A stretch of DNA of 33,411 bases from positions 1-33,411 of IMG/VR virus record IMGVR_UViG_3300036670_000258; one strand, given 5' to 3'. The notes below the pieces were generated by a model, which saw only the letters and a list, made by a program, of their open reading frames with translations, did no database searches and had not been told where the DNA came from. The translations under genes and the position numbers were made by a program. This document shows positions 8,588-17,432 of the stretch, one piece after another. Every line of letters starts with the position of its first letter. Position 1 is the stretch's first letter. This DNA comes from a virus (taxonomy: Duplodnaviria; Heunggongvirae; Uroviricota; Caudoviricetes).

Positions 8588-9319
8588 TTATGACATCTCT
8601 AATTCTTGTAATCCTGCTACTATTTCACGAATAAACTCAGTTTTAGAGTAAATTCTCTGAGTGTCTAATTTACTAAAGCCATTCGGCATAGAGAATAATA
8701 CATATTTGATTGTGTTATTATCTACACCCTCGTCTGTGATTGCGTCAAATTTAAGTTCAATATTACTATCGGGTTTATCTTTGTGTTTAATCACAATGGA
8801 GGCAGTATATCCAATTGTCCATTTAGCACCGCTTCTAGACATAGCGTCTTTGCCCTCATACGTCATTGCGCGGCCGCCTTTATCAAATTTCATATCGAAA
8901 CCTGCTTTATATGCTGCTTTAGCAAAATCACCTGTAATCCAGTTACCAAAACTCTTCGCAGCAAAAATGCTAATTTTTGTAAGTATATTTTCAGGAATGT
9001 CACCTAATTTATCAAATTCTAATTTAACTTCATCATACGTTGCACCTAATGCTTTAGCTGTATAATAAAAATCTTCGAATGAACTTTTATATATATTTTT
9101 TTCTTCAGGAAAATTAACACCTGCGATTTTCAAACCAGTTACATATCGACTAATAGCTTTTTTCTTGTCCTTTATAGAGTTTGCTACCTTTTCTCCAGAT
9201 TTATCATTAAGATATAAATCTGCCATCCGTAACCAATCCTTTTCTTCCGCTTCTAGTATTAGTGATTCTGATATGATTAAATCAGTTCGGAATTGTTCAA
9301 ATAATTTAATGAATTTCAT
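8588..9319 (-). CDS. Putative head-internal protein with capsid-targeting-like N-terminus
   Basis: Starts MKFIKLFEQF...ISES..ILEA; preceded by GATATATAAATA. Confidence 0.65.
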   Translation of the reverse strand: MKFIKLFEQFRTDLIISESLILEAEEKDWLRMADLYLNDKSGEKVANSIKDKKKAISRYVTGLKIAGVNFPEEKNIYKSSFEDFYYTAKALGATYDEVKLEFDKLGDIPENILTKISIFAAKSFGNWITGDFAKAAYKAGFDMKFDKGGRAMTYEGKDAMSRSGAKWTIGYTASIVIKHKDKPDSNIELKFDAITDEGVDNNTIKYVLFSMPNGFSKLDTQRIYSKTEFIREIVAGLQELEMS

Positions 9320-9341
9320 AATTGTTTTTGTTTTTGTTTTT

Positions 9342-9353
9342 TATTTATATATC
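9342..9353 (-). promoter_or_regulatory. Putative late promoter GATATATAAATA (contains the T4 late consensus TATAAATA)
   Basis: Intergenic, after a terminator, about 23 nt upstream of an ATG. Confidence 0.6.
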
Positions 9354-9366
9354 AATTTTTTTACAT

Positions 9367-9398
9367 AAAAAAGCAGGGAGTAGCGAATTCCCTGCTTT
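9367..9398 (-). terminator. Intrinsic terminator after nrdA
   Basis: AAAGCAGGGA-ATTCGCTAC-TCCCTGCTTT plus T-tract. Confidence 0.85.
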
Positions 9399-9455
9399 AC
9401 TTTCCGTGAACTAACCCGGTCCTAAAATGCAACTATATTTCAAGTTGCCGTTTCT

Positions 9456-10442
9456 TTACGCTTCACAACTTGCACAATCTAAAATATCTCTAGCAAATGA
9501 TTGAGCTGAACCTTGACTAAATTGGTAGTAAAGTGTTTTGATTCCCTCTTCATGTGCATATAAATACAATTTATTAATGTCCTTTGCTGGAACACTAGGA
9601 TGAATCATTAAATTTAATGATTGTGACTGATCTATAAATTTCTGTCTCTGTGCTGCTTGTAAAACTATTTCTTTTGGTGTAATTTCAACAAAAGATTTAA
9701 AAACTTCCTTTGTTGGAAAGTCTAAGTGCTGAACACTTCCATCTCTTTTAAGAATTCCTTCCCATACGTCTGGTGTATTTAAGTTATACTTGATTAATTC
9801 ATTAATAAGAAATGGATTTTTGTATATTGTTTTTGACTTTGCTAAATCTTTAATAAAATAATTAGATTTAATAGGCTCTATTCCCATTGAAACTTGACCT
9901 AAAATAAATGAACTGCTTTTTGTCGGTGCGATGGCAACTAATGTTGTATTTGCATATCCATCTCTTAACGATCTATAACCTTTTTCATCGTGTAGCCACC
10001 TTGATGCTGCATCACTTCTTTCTTTTAAAGTTGAAAAAATATCATGGTTTAATGCCTTTGATTGCAAAGAGTCAAACGCTATTAATTTTGATTGAAACAG
10101 TGAATGATAACCAAGAACACCTAAACCTAATGCCCTATGTTGTTCAGCAAATCGGTGTGCTCTTGACATACCTGGCATTTTAAATGACTTCTTAATAAAT
10201 TCATCCATAACTGCGTTTAAAAACAATACATATGTTTCGATGGCATCTGTTTTTTTAATCTCATCCCAATGTAAAAGATTAATAGAACCTAAACAACATA
10301 CAAACGAATTAAAAGAATCCGTTGGAAGCTGAATCTCGCTACAGTTATGCACTAGTATATCGTCAGCATAAAAATTATGATTGTCCTCTACTGTGATATC
10401 GAAAACTGGAATTTCTTCTTCCAGATATTGTATTTTTAACAT
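9456..10442 (-). CDS. nrdA: Class I ribonucleotide reductase alpha subunit C-terminal half with split-intein IntC (33 aa, 10344-10442)
   Basis: PVFDITVEDNHNFYADDILVHN then CSEI (catalytic Cys is the +1 residue); LGLGVLG, APTKSSS, DQSQSLN, KTLYY, terminal CASCEA. Confidence 0.95.
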   Translation of the reverse strand: MLKIQYLEEEIPVFDITVEDNHNFYADDILVHNCSEIQLPTDSFNSFVCCLGSINLLHWDEIKKTDAIETYVLFLNAVMDEFIKKSFKMPGMSRAHRFAEQHRALGLGVLGYHSLFQSKLIAFDSLQSKALNHDIFSTLKERSDAASRWLHDEKGYRSLRDGYANTTLVAIAPTKSSSFILGQVSMGIEPIKSNYFIKDLAKSKTIYKNPFLINELIKYNLNTPDVWEGILKRDGSVQHLDFPTKEVFKSFVEITPKEIVLQAAQRQKFIDQSQSLNLMIHPSVPAKDINKLYLYAHEEGIKTLYYQFSQGSAQSFARDILDCASCEA

Positions 10443-11380
10443 ATTGTTATATTTTTGTTTTTAATTTCTTTTCTTGTTTTTAGATTATTATTGTAATATA
10501 CATTAAGAACTAATCCGGTTTTCTCAGATGCTAATCTATGTAATTCTTTACTACCTAATCCATTAAATCTAAATGAGCTAAATGATTTTGGTAATTTTTC
10601 ATACTTTTTAATTTTTCTATAGTGATTCGCAACCATTCTATATGGGAATAAAAATCCTAATCCCATTTCAACTGAAAATTCAGATACAATATTAACAAGC
10701 TCATCATCAGTAAATCCACTAAATCTTGGATTATTGTCACCTTTAGCGTCACCGATATTTGCAGCGTATTCGTCATAATTATCTTTATATTCATTAACTG
10801 TTATGTATTTCTTAACACCTGTTGTTTTACATGTTACTGATATATTACCAGTGGAATGATGTCTCCATTTTCCAGATAGAACGTTTGGATGATTTACATC
10901 AACAGAACCTATCATTTCAAGCGTTTCAGAATCTATGACAGGCATTGTACCCTTCCTTGCTTCAGATATGTTCTTTACACCCTCAGGGCTATGCCATGTG
11001 TTTTGCTTTCTAAACATTGATACGTTCTGTTTGAATGATGCGACTAACTTATTCTTTAATTTAGAACCCAGTACACTAGATACTTTTTTCTTATAAACAT
11101 ATCCATTAACCATTAATCTAATTGCTAAAAAATCGTTTCTATTATTATAAGCTTTAAATCTTAATAAATGTGCCATATAATGTTCCTCAGGTAACATAAC
11201 AACTAAATTAGATTCTAAATCTTTACCTCCATCGTGTCTAGGTACTATATGATGCTTTTCAGTATAAATATAGTCTACACTAAGTCTTTCGTCGTTGGCA
11301 TTCCTATTGCTTAATCGATCTTTAACATCAGTTGTTTTGCATAATTCACATAAGTTGTTGTATATTCGTTCATAGTTCAT
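10436..11380 (-). mobile_element. Free-standing HNH homing endonuclease (MobE-like) between the nrdA halves
   Basis: MNYERIYNNL...EKHHIVPRHDGG...NLVVM..EEHYMAHLL; C-terminal GDNNP/NUMOD-like DNA-binding segments; 7-nt overlap with the IntC start. Confidence 0.88.
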
Positions 11381-11435
11381 AAGATAAAGTTATTTTTATT
11401 ATATATCTAAATAATTTTACAACTTTATCTCAGAA
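11375..11435 (-). promoter_or_regulatory. Start-codon-occluding hairpin with a GATATATA promoter (11400-11407) in its loop
   Basis: Perfect 10-bp inverted repeat at 11382-11391 and 11421-11430, extendable by G-U and U-A pairs into the ATG. Confidence 0.7.
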
Positions 11436-11444
11436 CATAAAACT

Positions 11445-12509
11445 TTAAGAATTAATAACTAATACATCTTCTTCTTTTAGATTTTTTGCCATAACATATC
11501 CTCTATTCGAAGTATATACTTTATGATCAGGTGTACATGTTATTGATTTTCCAGTAGCTTCATCTGTTATTTTTATAACTTTAGCTTTTTTGGAAGTCAT
11601 TGCACTATCTAATACTTTCTTGTATTCAATCTCAGAAGTTTCTATATTAAATGATTTAACTTCAAGCGTTGTATATAGATTATGTTGAAATAAACAATCT
11701 AACATTATGATAGGCATTGTCTTCTCAACACCGTCAACTCTTACTTTAACATCGGTCCAAGGCGCAACACATAAATTTGATGCAGTAATGTCAAGGCCTA
11801 ATTCCTTATAAGGAGAATTGTTATTACTGTTATCCTTAAACATAATGTAAGGAAAACCAAACTCGTTACGTCTTTGAATAACCTTTGCCCATATCTTGCG
11901 CTTATCTGCGTCACCTTCTTTCATTTCTAAAATCCATGCATCTGTTACTGTAACTCCATATTGTAGGTTTTGAATAGGATTTCCATCAGTTCCAATATCT
12001 AAAAATTCTAAAATATCTTTATGTTCGATTGGTAACCATACTGCACATGCACCTCTTCTTGCCTCTGATTGTTTACATACATCGACAGTTGTATCATACA
12101 TTCTAGCATAATGCACAGGTCCGTCTGCTGTTCCTCCTGTGGAAATTGGAGCTCCTCTTTCTCTAATGTTTCCTAAAAAAGCTGAAGTTCCTCCTCCATA
12201 TTTTGACATCATTCCTATTTCTCTACTTGCATTTAATATACTATCTAAGTTATCGTCTACATTACTTCCATAACAACTAACTGGAAGACCTTTGTCTTTA
12301 CCAAAATTAATCCAAACTGGAGTTGATAGGCTATAAAACCCTAAGTTCATATACTCTTCAAACTTTTTTGCAAATCCATCAATTTTTAGTATCTTTTCTG
12401 CATTATTAGATATATCCTTAATTCGTTGTTCGGGCGTTTCCTTAATATAGCCGCGCGAGAGGAACGTTCGACTATCTTCATTAAGCCAATAATTCTTTTC
12501 GTAATTCAT
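11445..12509 (-). CDS. nrdA: Ribonucleotide reductase alpha subunit N-terminal half (246 aa) with split-intein IntN (108 aa, 11448-11771)
   Basis: STPVWINFG, PVSCY, SKYGGG, RRGACAVWL, GFPYI, ASNL, then intein CVAPWT...CTPDHKVYTSNRGYV..KNLKEEDVL and a stop. Confidence 0.95.
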   Translation of the reverse strand: MNYEKNYWLNEDSRTFLSRGYIKETPEQRIKDISNNAEKILKIDGFAKKFEEYMNLGFYSLSTPVWINFGKDKGLPVSCYGSNVDDNLDSILNASREIGMMSKYGGGTSAFLGNIRERGAPISTGGTADGPVHYARMYDTTVDVCKQSEARRGACAVWLPIEHKDILEFLDIGTDGNPIQNLQYGVTVTDAWILEMKEGDADKRKIWAKVIQRRNEFGFPYIMFKDNSNNNSPYKELGLDITASNLCVAPWTDVKVRVDGVEKTMPIIMLDCLFQHNLYTTLEVKSFNIETSEIEYKKVLDSAMTSKKAKVIKITDEATGKSITCTPDHKVYTSNRGYVMAKNLKEEDVLVINS

Positions 12510-12521
12510 ATTGTTTTGTTT

Positions 12522-12938
12522 TTAATTTTGAGTTATTATTACACTTGCTACTAGATTTTCTGAATCATATACAACAGAGCCTTGCCATGTATTGGTTGTG
12601 ATTTTAGGATTATTTAATTTATAAGTAAATATTAAATTTACATTATTTTCTTTATTAAATTCTTTAATTGCTTGTTCTAATAATTTAATTTTTTTATCAA
12701 CTTCCTTTTTATCATTCTTTAAATCATCTTCTACTTCTGTTCTAGAATATTTCCCTAAACCACCATTATCATTTATGTTTCCAGAAAGTTTATCTCCTTT
12801 TAGTGTACTATTCGTAAATATCCAGTAATAACCTTTTTTTTCATCAGTAAGAGTAGTTTCTAGAAATTTACGTAAATTTTTGTAACTGTCTTTATTTGAT
12901 TCATTTAAAAAAGCGTCAAATGTTTTTAAGTTTTTCAT
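12522..12938 (-). CDS. Hypothetical protein with capsid-targeting-like N-terminus, inserted between nrdB and nrdA
   Basis: Starts MKNLKTFDAFLNES. Confidence 0.65.
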   Translation of the reverse strand: MKNLKTFDAFLNESNKDSYKNLRKFLETTLTDEKKGYYWIFTNSTLKGDKLSGNINDNGGLGKYSRTEVEDDLKNDKKEVDKKIKLLEQAIKEFNKENNVNLIFTYKLNNPKITTNTWQGSVVYDSENLVASVIITQN

Positions 12939-12955
12939 TGTAATTTTTTTCTTTT

Positions 12956-13936
12956 TTAAAACAAATCATCTTCAGTAATTGACTTTGATTTTTTGTTATA
13001 ATCGACACTTTTTTTGTAAAAGAAGTCTCCCTCCTTTGTTGATAGAATTTCAATGTCAAACCATAATGTTTTTTCTATTTCATTAAAATCTACATCAAAT
13101 ACTGGCTTCATTCCAATTCTTCCTAATGAATTGTTAAATCTGTTTTGAATAAATTGTTTAATTGTATCTTTAGATAAAAAATCTAATTCTCCTTTTTCAA
13201 AAATCCAATCAAGTATTTTAACCTCAGATGCATACGCCTTTTTACATGCTGAATCTATTAGTTCTTCGAATTCTGCATCAAACCATTCTGGATTTTCTTT
13301 CTTAATAATGTTAATTAATTCTGAACCGAAATTTCCGTGGATTTCTTCCTCCTTGCTTGTCGCTTCAACTACATTTGAAATACCTTTGAAGAGGTTTTTC
13401 TCCTTGTTAAACGACATCATAATTAAAAATTGACTAAATAAACTAACATGCTCTATGAATAGTGAAAATAAAAGTACGGATTTAGTATACATTTTATTAT
13501 CCTTGCTTCTGGTACCATCTAAGTATTTTGATAGATACGCAATTCTATCTTTAATTGCAGGAATTTCAACTACATTTTTAAATTCCTCTTCTAATCCTAA
13601 AATTCTAAGTAATTGTGCATAAGCGTCTTTATGTCTTACTTCTGATTCCGCAAACGTCATTCCTACATCTCCAATTTCAGTAATTGGCATTCTTTTGTAA
13701 AGGTCAGCCCAAAATGTTTTTACATTTACTTCAATTTGCGCTATGGCCAACATAGACCTTTTTATAACTTCTCTTTCCTCTTCTGTTATTTTACTCTTAA
13801 AATCATCAATGTCTGTTGTAAAATTAAATTCAGTGTGAATCCAGTATGAGTGTCTAATTGCATCTTTATATGCAAGTAACATTGGATATTCGTAAGGTAA
13901 AATATTTACTCTTTTTTCAAAGATATTATTGTTCAT
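12956..13936 (-). CDS. nrdB: Ribonucleotide reductase beta subunit (Flavobacteriia-like, no ATP-cone)
   Basis: PYEYP, HSYWIHTEFNF, QIE, ESEVRHKDAY, FIEHVSLFSQF, EEEIHG, DFFYKKSVDY, tail EDDLF. Confidence 0.95.
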   Translation of the reverse strand: MNNNIFEKRVNILPYEYPMLLAYKDAIRHSYWIHTEFNFTTDIDDFKSKITEEEREVIKRSMLAIAQIEVNVKTFWADLYKRMPITEIGDVGMTFAESEVRHKDAYAQLLRILGLEEEFKNVVEIPAIKDRIAYLSKYLDGTRSKDNKMYTKSVLLFSLFIEHVSLFSQFLIMMSFNKEKNLFKGISNVVEATSKEEEIHGNFGSELINIIKKENPEWFDAEFEELIDSACKKAYASEVKILDWIFEKGELDFLSKDTIKQFIQNRFNNSLGRIGMKPVFDVDFNEIEKTLWFDIEILSTKEGDFFYKKSVDYNKKSKSITEDDLF

Positions 13937-13984
13937 ATTAATTTTTTATTTTGTTTGGTTTTTTGTTTTGTTTTTAATGCTTAA

Positions 13985-15382
13985 TTATTTAAGTCTTTTC
14001 TTTAATTTATCTGCGAGTGTAAAATATGTATATGATGTTTTTTTGTAATCCTTACGTTGATTATATAGATCACTTAATATTTTTCTAAGAATAGAGTCTT
14101 CGGTTTTGTAAACAACTCCATTGTCACATACAATAACACCTTTATCCTTTCTTCTTTCTTCTATTTCACTCTTGTAAATTTTTTCAATATATGCATCTGG
14201 TGAAATATTAAACTGACGCATTATTGAAGGATATAGTGAAGCAAAATCGAATGCACTTACTCCTTCGTAATATCCTAAAATAGGTTCCTTAACATAAGCT
14301 CCTGCGTATTGAGTATCTTTACTACTATCTGTTTTTTCTTCACTACCGATTCGCATTCCTTGTTCTGCTAGCTTTCTAGCCATAATTGCTTCAGTAACTG
14401 CCACTGGAGAACTTGCCTTATACAATGGCATATTTGTAATATTTGCAAGAGTTAAAAGAACTTCCATTGACTTTAGTTTTTGATCGATATAGTATACTAA
14501 TACTGAATCGACTACATTATAATATATGTATTTAACAAAGTTGTCACGGTACAGGTCTTGCAATGATCCTGTGAACTTGATTTTATTAACATTAAGGACT
14601 TGACTAGAAACATAATCAAGAGAATTGGATTCCTTTACTTTTACACTTCTATCATACTTGTCATATAATTGCATATAATCTAAAATTCCAAGGTGTAAAG
14701 GTCTTGAATCTCTGTTATCTACTGATTTTGTCCTTCCAATATCTTTAATATCTATCTGTAATCTTTTACATCTGTTTGTAATATATTGCCAGTCATAATT
14801 AATAAAATTCCAACCAGTCATCATCGGAAATTTAGGTAAAAACTTAAACAAGAATGTATATACCATATCATATTCGGAATTGAACTTATGATATTTGAAT
14901 TCCCAATCCATGTCAAAATCCTTAAAATACTCATTGGTATCATCTTGAATCTTTTGAATTTTATCAGATGCCATGTCTTCTAATCCAAGAACTATTGCCT
15001 TGCGATCCGGTGTAATTATTGAAAATGATAATATTCTACTTTTAGCCTCTTCTGCCTTTGGAAAGCCATCAACTATCTCGGTTTCAATATCCACGAAATA
15101 TGTTTTTGGCATATTATACGCAGTAAGATCTGCCTTATCTTTTTCAGATAGACTATCCAGAAAATAAAGAATGGAAAACTTGTTAAATTGTCTTCCATTT
15201 CCTAGTTTAACTGATCTACCATCCCAATTTTTAAATTGAGTACTAGCTGCCTTATCTTTGTCTTCACATACATACCAATTCTGAAAATTACTTACAGGAT
15301 ATTGTTTAAACGCTACTTCTCCTTCTGTATTATAATATGATATAATAACGTCTTTATCCCTTTGCTCAATGTCAAGAATCAT
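13985..15382 (-). CDS. gp43: Family-B DNA polymerase, N-terminal subunit (gp43A-like: 3'-5' exonuclease, motif A, first fingers helix)
   Basis: ExoI DIETE, ExoII GWNFINYD, ExoIII YNVVD, YAGAYV, motif A DFASLYPS, NISP; ends after LYNQRKDYKK. Confidence 0.93.
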   Translation of the reverse strand: MILDIEQRDKDVIISYYNTEGEVAFKQYPVSNFQNWYVCEDKDKAASTQFKNWDGRSVKLGNGRQFNKFSILYFLDSLSEKDKADLTAYNMPKTYFVDIETEIVDGFPKAEEAKSRILSFSIITPDRKAIVLGLEDMASDKIQKIQDDTNEYFKDFDMDWEFKYHKFNSEYDMVYTFLFKFLPKFPMMTGWNFINYDWQYITNRCKRLQIDIKDIGRTKSVDNRDSRPLHLGILDYMQLYDKYDRSVKVKESNSLDYVSSQVLNVNKIKFTGSLQDLYRDNFVKYIYYNVVDSVLVYYIDQKLKSMEVLLTLANITNMPLYKASSPVAVTEAIMARKLAEQGMRIGSEEKTDSSKDTQYAGAYVKEPILGYYEGVSAFDFASLYPSIMRQFNISPDAYIEKIYKSEIEERRKDKGVIVCDNGVVYKTEDSILRKILSDLYNQRKDYKKTSYTYFTLADKLKKRLK

Positions 15383-15416
15383 CTATTTAATTTTAGTAAG
15401 TTATTATTGTGGATTT

Positions 15417-15424
15417 TATATATC
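15417..15424 (-). promoter_or_regulatory. GATATATA promoter-like element upstream of polymerase A
   Basis: Exact recurring octamer in an intergenic gap. Confidence 0.5.
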
Positions 15425-15448
15425 TATTTATTTCGACTATTTTGTTCT

Positions 15449-15916
15449 TTAATAGCCATCCTTTTGCCTCTGTACATTTTCTGCCGCTTTAGCAAAATAG
15501 TAGTTAAATGTAGTCTTTGCATCTAATCCAATTGAGGATGCATAGTTAAACATAAAATGAATTATATCTACAAATTCCATGTATAATTCCTTTTTATCTC
15601 CTTCAGATAAATCTGAAACTTTCATAGTTTCATACTTACTAAAATCTTTTTTCCAGTACTTCCATACTGCATTGCCGCTACCGTCTTTAATACCTCCGAG
15701 TGCATCTGTCATTTCATGAACTTCGTCAATAAGTGCATGAGTGTTAACATGCCAAAAATCCATTACCTCTCTAATAGACATGTCTTCGAAATTAAAACCA
15801 TAAGTTTGCTCTTGCATTTTCTTTTGGTTTTCCATAATGTCAGCTAAGTGTGTTGTTGAATTTGAATAGAAGTCATTCACTTCTAAATCTTTGCATTCAT
15901 TGTCAATATTTGCCAT
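15449..15916 (-). CDS. All-alpha dimeric dUTPase/dCTPase (T4 gp56/MazG superfamily)
   Basis: DEVHEM, WKYWK, EFVDIIHF, KAAENVQRQKDGY. Confidence 0.88.
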   Translation of the reverse strand: MANIDNECKDLEVNDFYSNSTTHLADIMENQKKMQEQTYGFNFEDMSIREVMDFWHVNTHALIDEVHEMTDALGGIKDGSGNAVWKYWKKDFSKYETMKVSDLSEGDKKELYMEFVDIIHFMFNYASSIGLDAKTTFNYYFAKAAENVQRQKDGY

Positions 15917-15942
15917 AATTAATTTTTTATATGTTTATAGTA

Positions 15943-15971
15943 GTTTTATTAAAATATGCCTGTTTGTTTCA
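15943..15971 (-). promoter_or_regulatory. Variant promoter TGAAAC-N17-TAAAAC
   Basis: Same -35 and spacing, directly after a terminator. Confidence 0.5.
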
Positions 15972-15974
15972 CAT

Positions 15975-16000
15975 AAAAAAACCCCGTATACAGGGTTTTT
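15975..16000 (-). terminator. Intrinsic terminator
   Basis: AAAAACCCTG-TATA-CGGGGTTTTT plus T-tract. Confidence 0.8.
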
Positions 16001-16013
16001 AGTTTAATTTATT

Positions 16014-17111
16014 TTAAAATAAAGAGTTTTGTTTAATAATAGGAGGCGTGTAATTTTGTTTATTTTTTGTTAGACAATTGCTTCCAACATCACTTACTAC
16101 TAAATCTATCCTATTATCAAAATCATCTTTACTCCACATATATGATAATATAGTGTCAGACTGGGTTTGCGCGTATTCTTCTAATTGAATATCACTTAAC
16201 GTTTCTATGTTCATCTGAGGTAATCCAAGTGCCTCTAGATCCTTCGGTGATGATATTAGGATTGATCGTTGAATTGCAGCATAAATCCATCTTATACGAA
16301 ACCACCCTGAACCAGCATGAGGATATTCAGGACAAAGAATTCCCCAGTACTTTCCGCATGTTTCAAATACATCTGTTTCAGTGTCAAGCAACTGTGCTGT
16401 TTTAATACTCTTTGCTCCAAAATAATCTACTGGCCATTTTAATTTATTTCGGCGAACCCATGGACTATGATCGACAATAGAAGCTAGCATATGCTTTCTT
16501 TCCTTTGCTTGAAGAGGATTGTTAATACTTATATTCCAATTCTCAAGGACATATGGTGTTAAATCTAGATTGTAGATATTTTTTGCCTTAATAATATCTC
16601 TAATCTTTTCTTTATCTCCCCAATCGAATGCGGGTATTAATGCATTTTCGAATTTACCATCAACAATATCTCTAATAACTTCAACTGCTTCGATTGGATT
16701 AAACAAAGGATTATCTACTCCTCCGTAAAAATAGCTTCCATTACTCCATTTCTTTGATATTGATTTATCAAAGACTGCTTGATCTAACATTTTTTCCCAA
16801 GATTTCATAGTTCCGTCTATTTTCCAATCCTCATGAAATACTATGACATTTTTTACAGTCTTAAGAGCATACATTACGTTAAAGATTTCTCCTGAATAAT
16901 TGTTTGAGCCAAATTGACCTATTCCAATAATAGCTAAGCCATATTCAGAAAGATCATCACCCCATTTCACCTTACGTCTATCTACTAAATATCCTTGTTT
17001 CCTTAGAGAGTTACATATAATAGAACTGTCATCAATTCTTTTTACCCTTGCTCTTTTCCATGCATTATCGTCGGTTTGCTTTGCAGTACATCCTGTGAAT
17101 AGTATTTTCAT
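16014..17111 (-). CDS. Putative GT-B-fold glycosyltransferase (possibly DNA-modifying)
   Basis: MKILFTG start, LRKQGYLVD, C-terminal GILCPEYPHAGSGWFRIRWIYAA...ILIS resembling the GT-B donor-binding region; neighbours are nucleotide hydrolases. Confidence 0.55.
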   Translation of the reverse strand: MKILFTGCTAKQTDDNAWKRARVKRIDDSSIICNSLRKQGYLVDRRKVKWGDDLSEYGLAIIGIGQFGSNNYSGEIFNVMYALKTVKNVIVFHEDWKIDGTMKSWEKMLDQAVFDKSISKKWSNGSYFYGGVDNPLFNPIEAVEVIRDIVDGKFENALIPAFDWGDKEKIRDIIKAKNIYNLDLTPYVLENWNISINNPLQAKERKHMLASIVDHSPWVRRNKLKWPVDYFGAKSIKTAQLLDTETDVFETCGKYWGILCPEYPHAGSGWFRIRWIYAAIQRSILISSPKDLEALGLPQMNIETLSDIQLEEYAQTQSDTILSYMWSKDDFDNRIDLVVSDVGSNCLTKNKQNYTPPIIKQNSLF

Positions 17112-17112
17112 A

Positions 17113-17382
17113 TTAATCTATTTTTTCATTAATATAATTATCTAATCCTTGAATGTATGCAACTGCATCTAATAAATTATCACGCTTGTGATTGTATGAT
17201 TCTCTTGAAAATTTCAGAGCGACTAATGCCTTAAACATATGTTCACCTGTTACTTCAATACCTGTCATGCCTTGAAAAATCAAGGCAGCCCTATCCATTC
17301 CTTCTGAAAAAGGACCGTAGTTTCTGTCTGCTTCTTCACTGCGGTTATTTACTATACCACTTGCTTCATCTAATATGTTCAT
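17113..17382 (-). CDS. DUF6378-like small helical protein (putative nucleotide pyrophosphohydrolase-related)
   Basis: ILDEA..IV..R...NYG...ALKFSR.....DNLLDAVAY pattern. Confidence 0.7.
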   Translation of the reverse strand: MNILDEASGIVNNRSEEADRNYGPFSEGMDRAALIFQGMTGIEVTGEHMFKALVALKFSRESYNHKRDNLLDAVAYIQGLDNYINEKID

Positions 17383-17401
17383 AAAATTACTATGTTTTAA
17401 T

Positions 17402-17430
17402 GTTATATTTTAATTTTGTTTTTTGTTTAA
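17402..17430 (-). promoter_or_regulatory. Variant promoter TTAAAC-N17-TATAAC
   Basis: One mismatch in each box, 17-nt spacer, upstream of the DUF6378-GT pair. Confidence 0.5.
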
Positions 17431-17432
17431 TA

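Noticed and set aside
3369-12509. uvsX and nrdA breaks as group I introns or pseudogenes
   Set aside because: Both sides carry intact intein blocks with correct junction residues, and there is no non-coding space for a ribozyme core.
13985-14060. Split intein or frameshift joining the polymerase halves
   Set aside because: No Cys/Ser-initiated IntN after the A subunit, no HN/SN-type IntC before the B subunit, and the halves are 6.7 kb apart.
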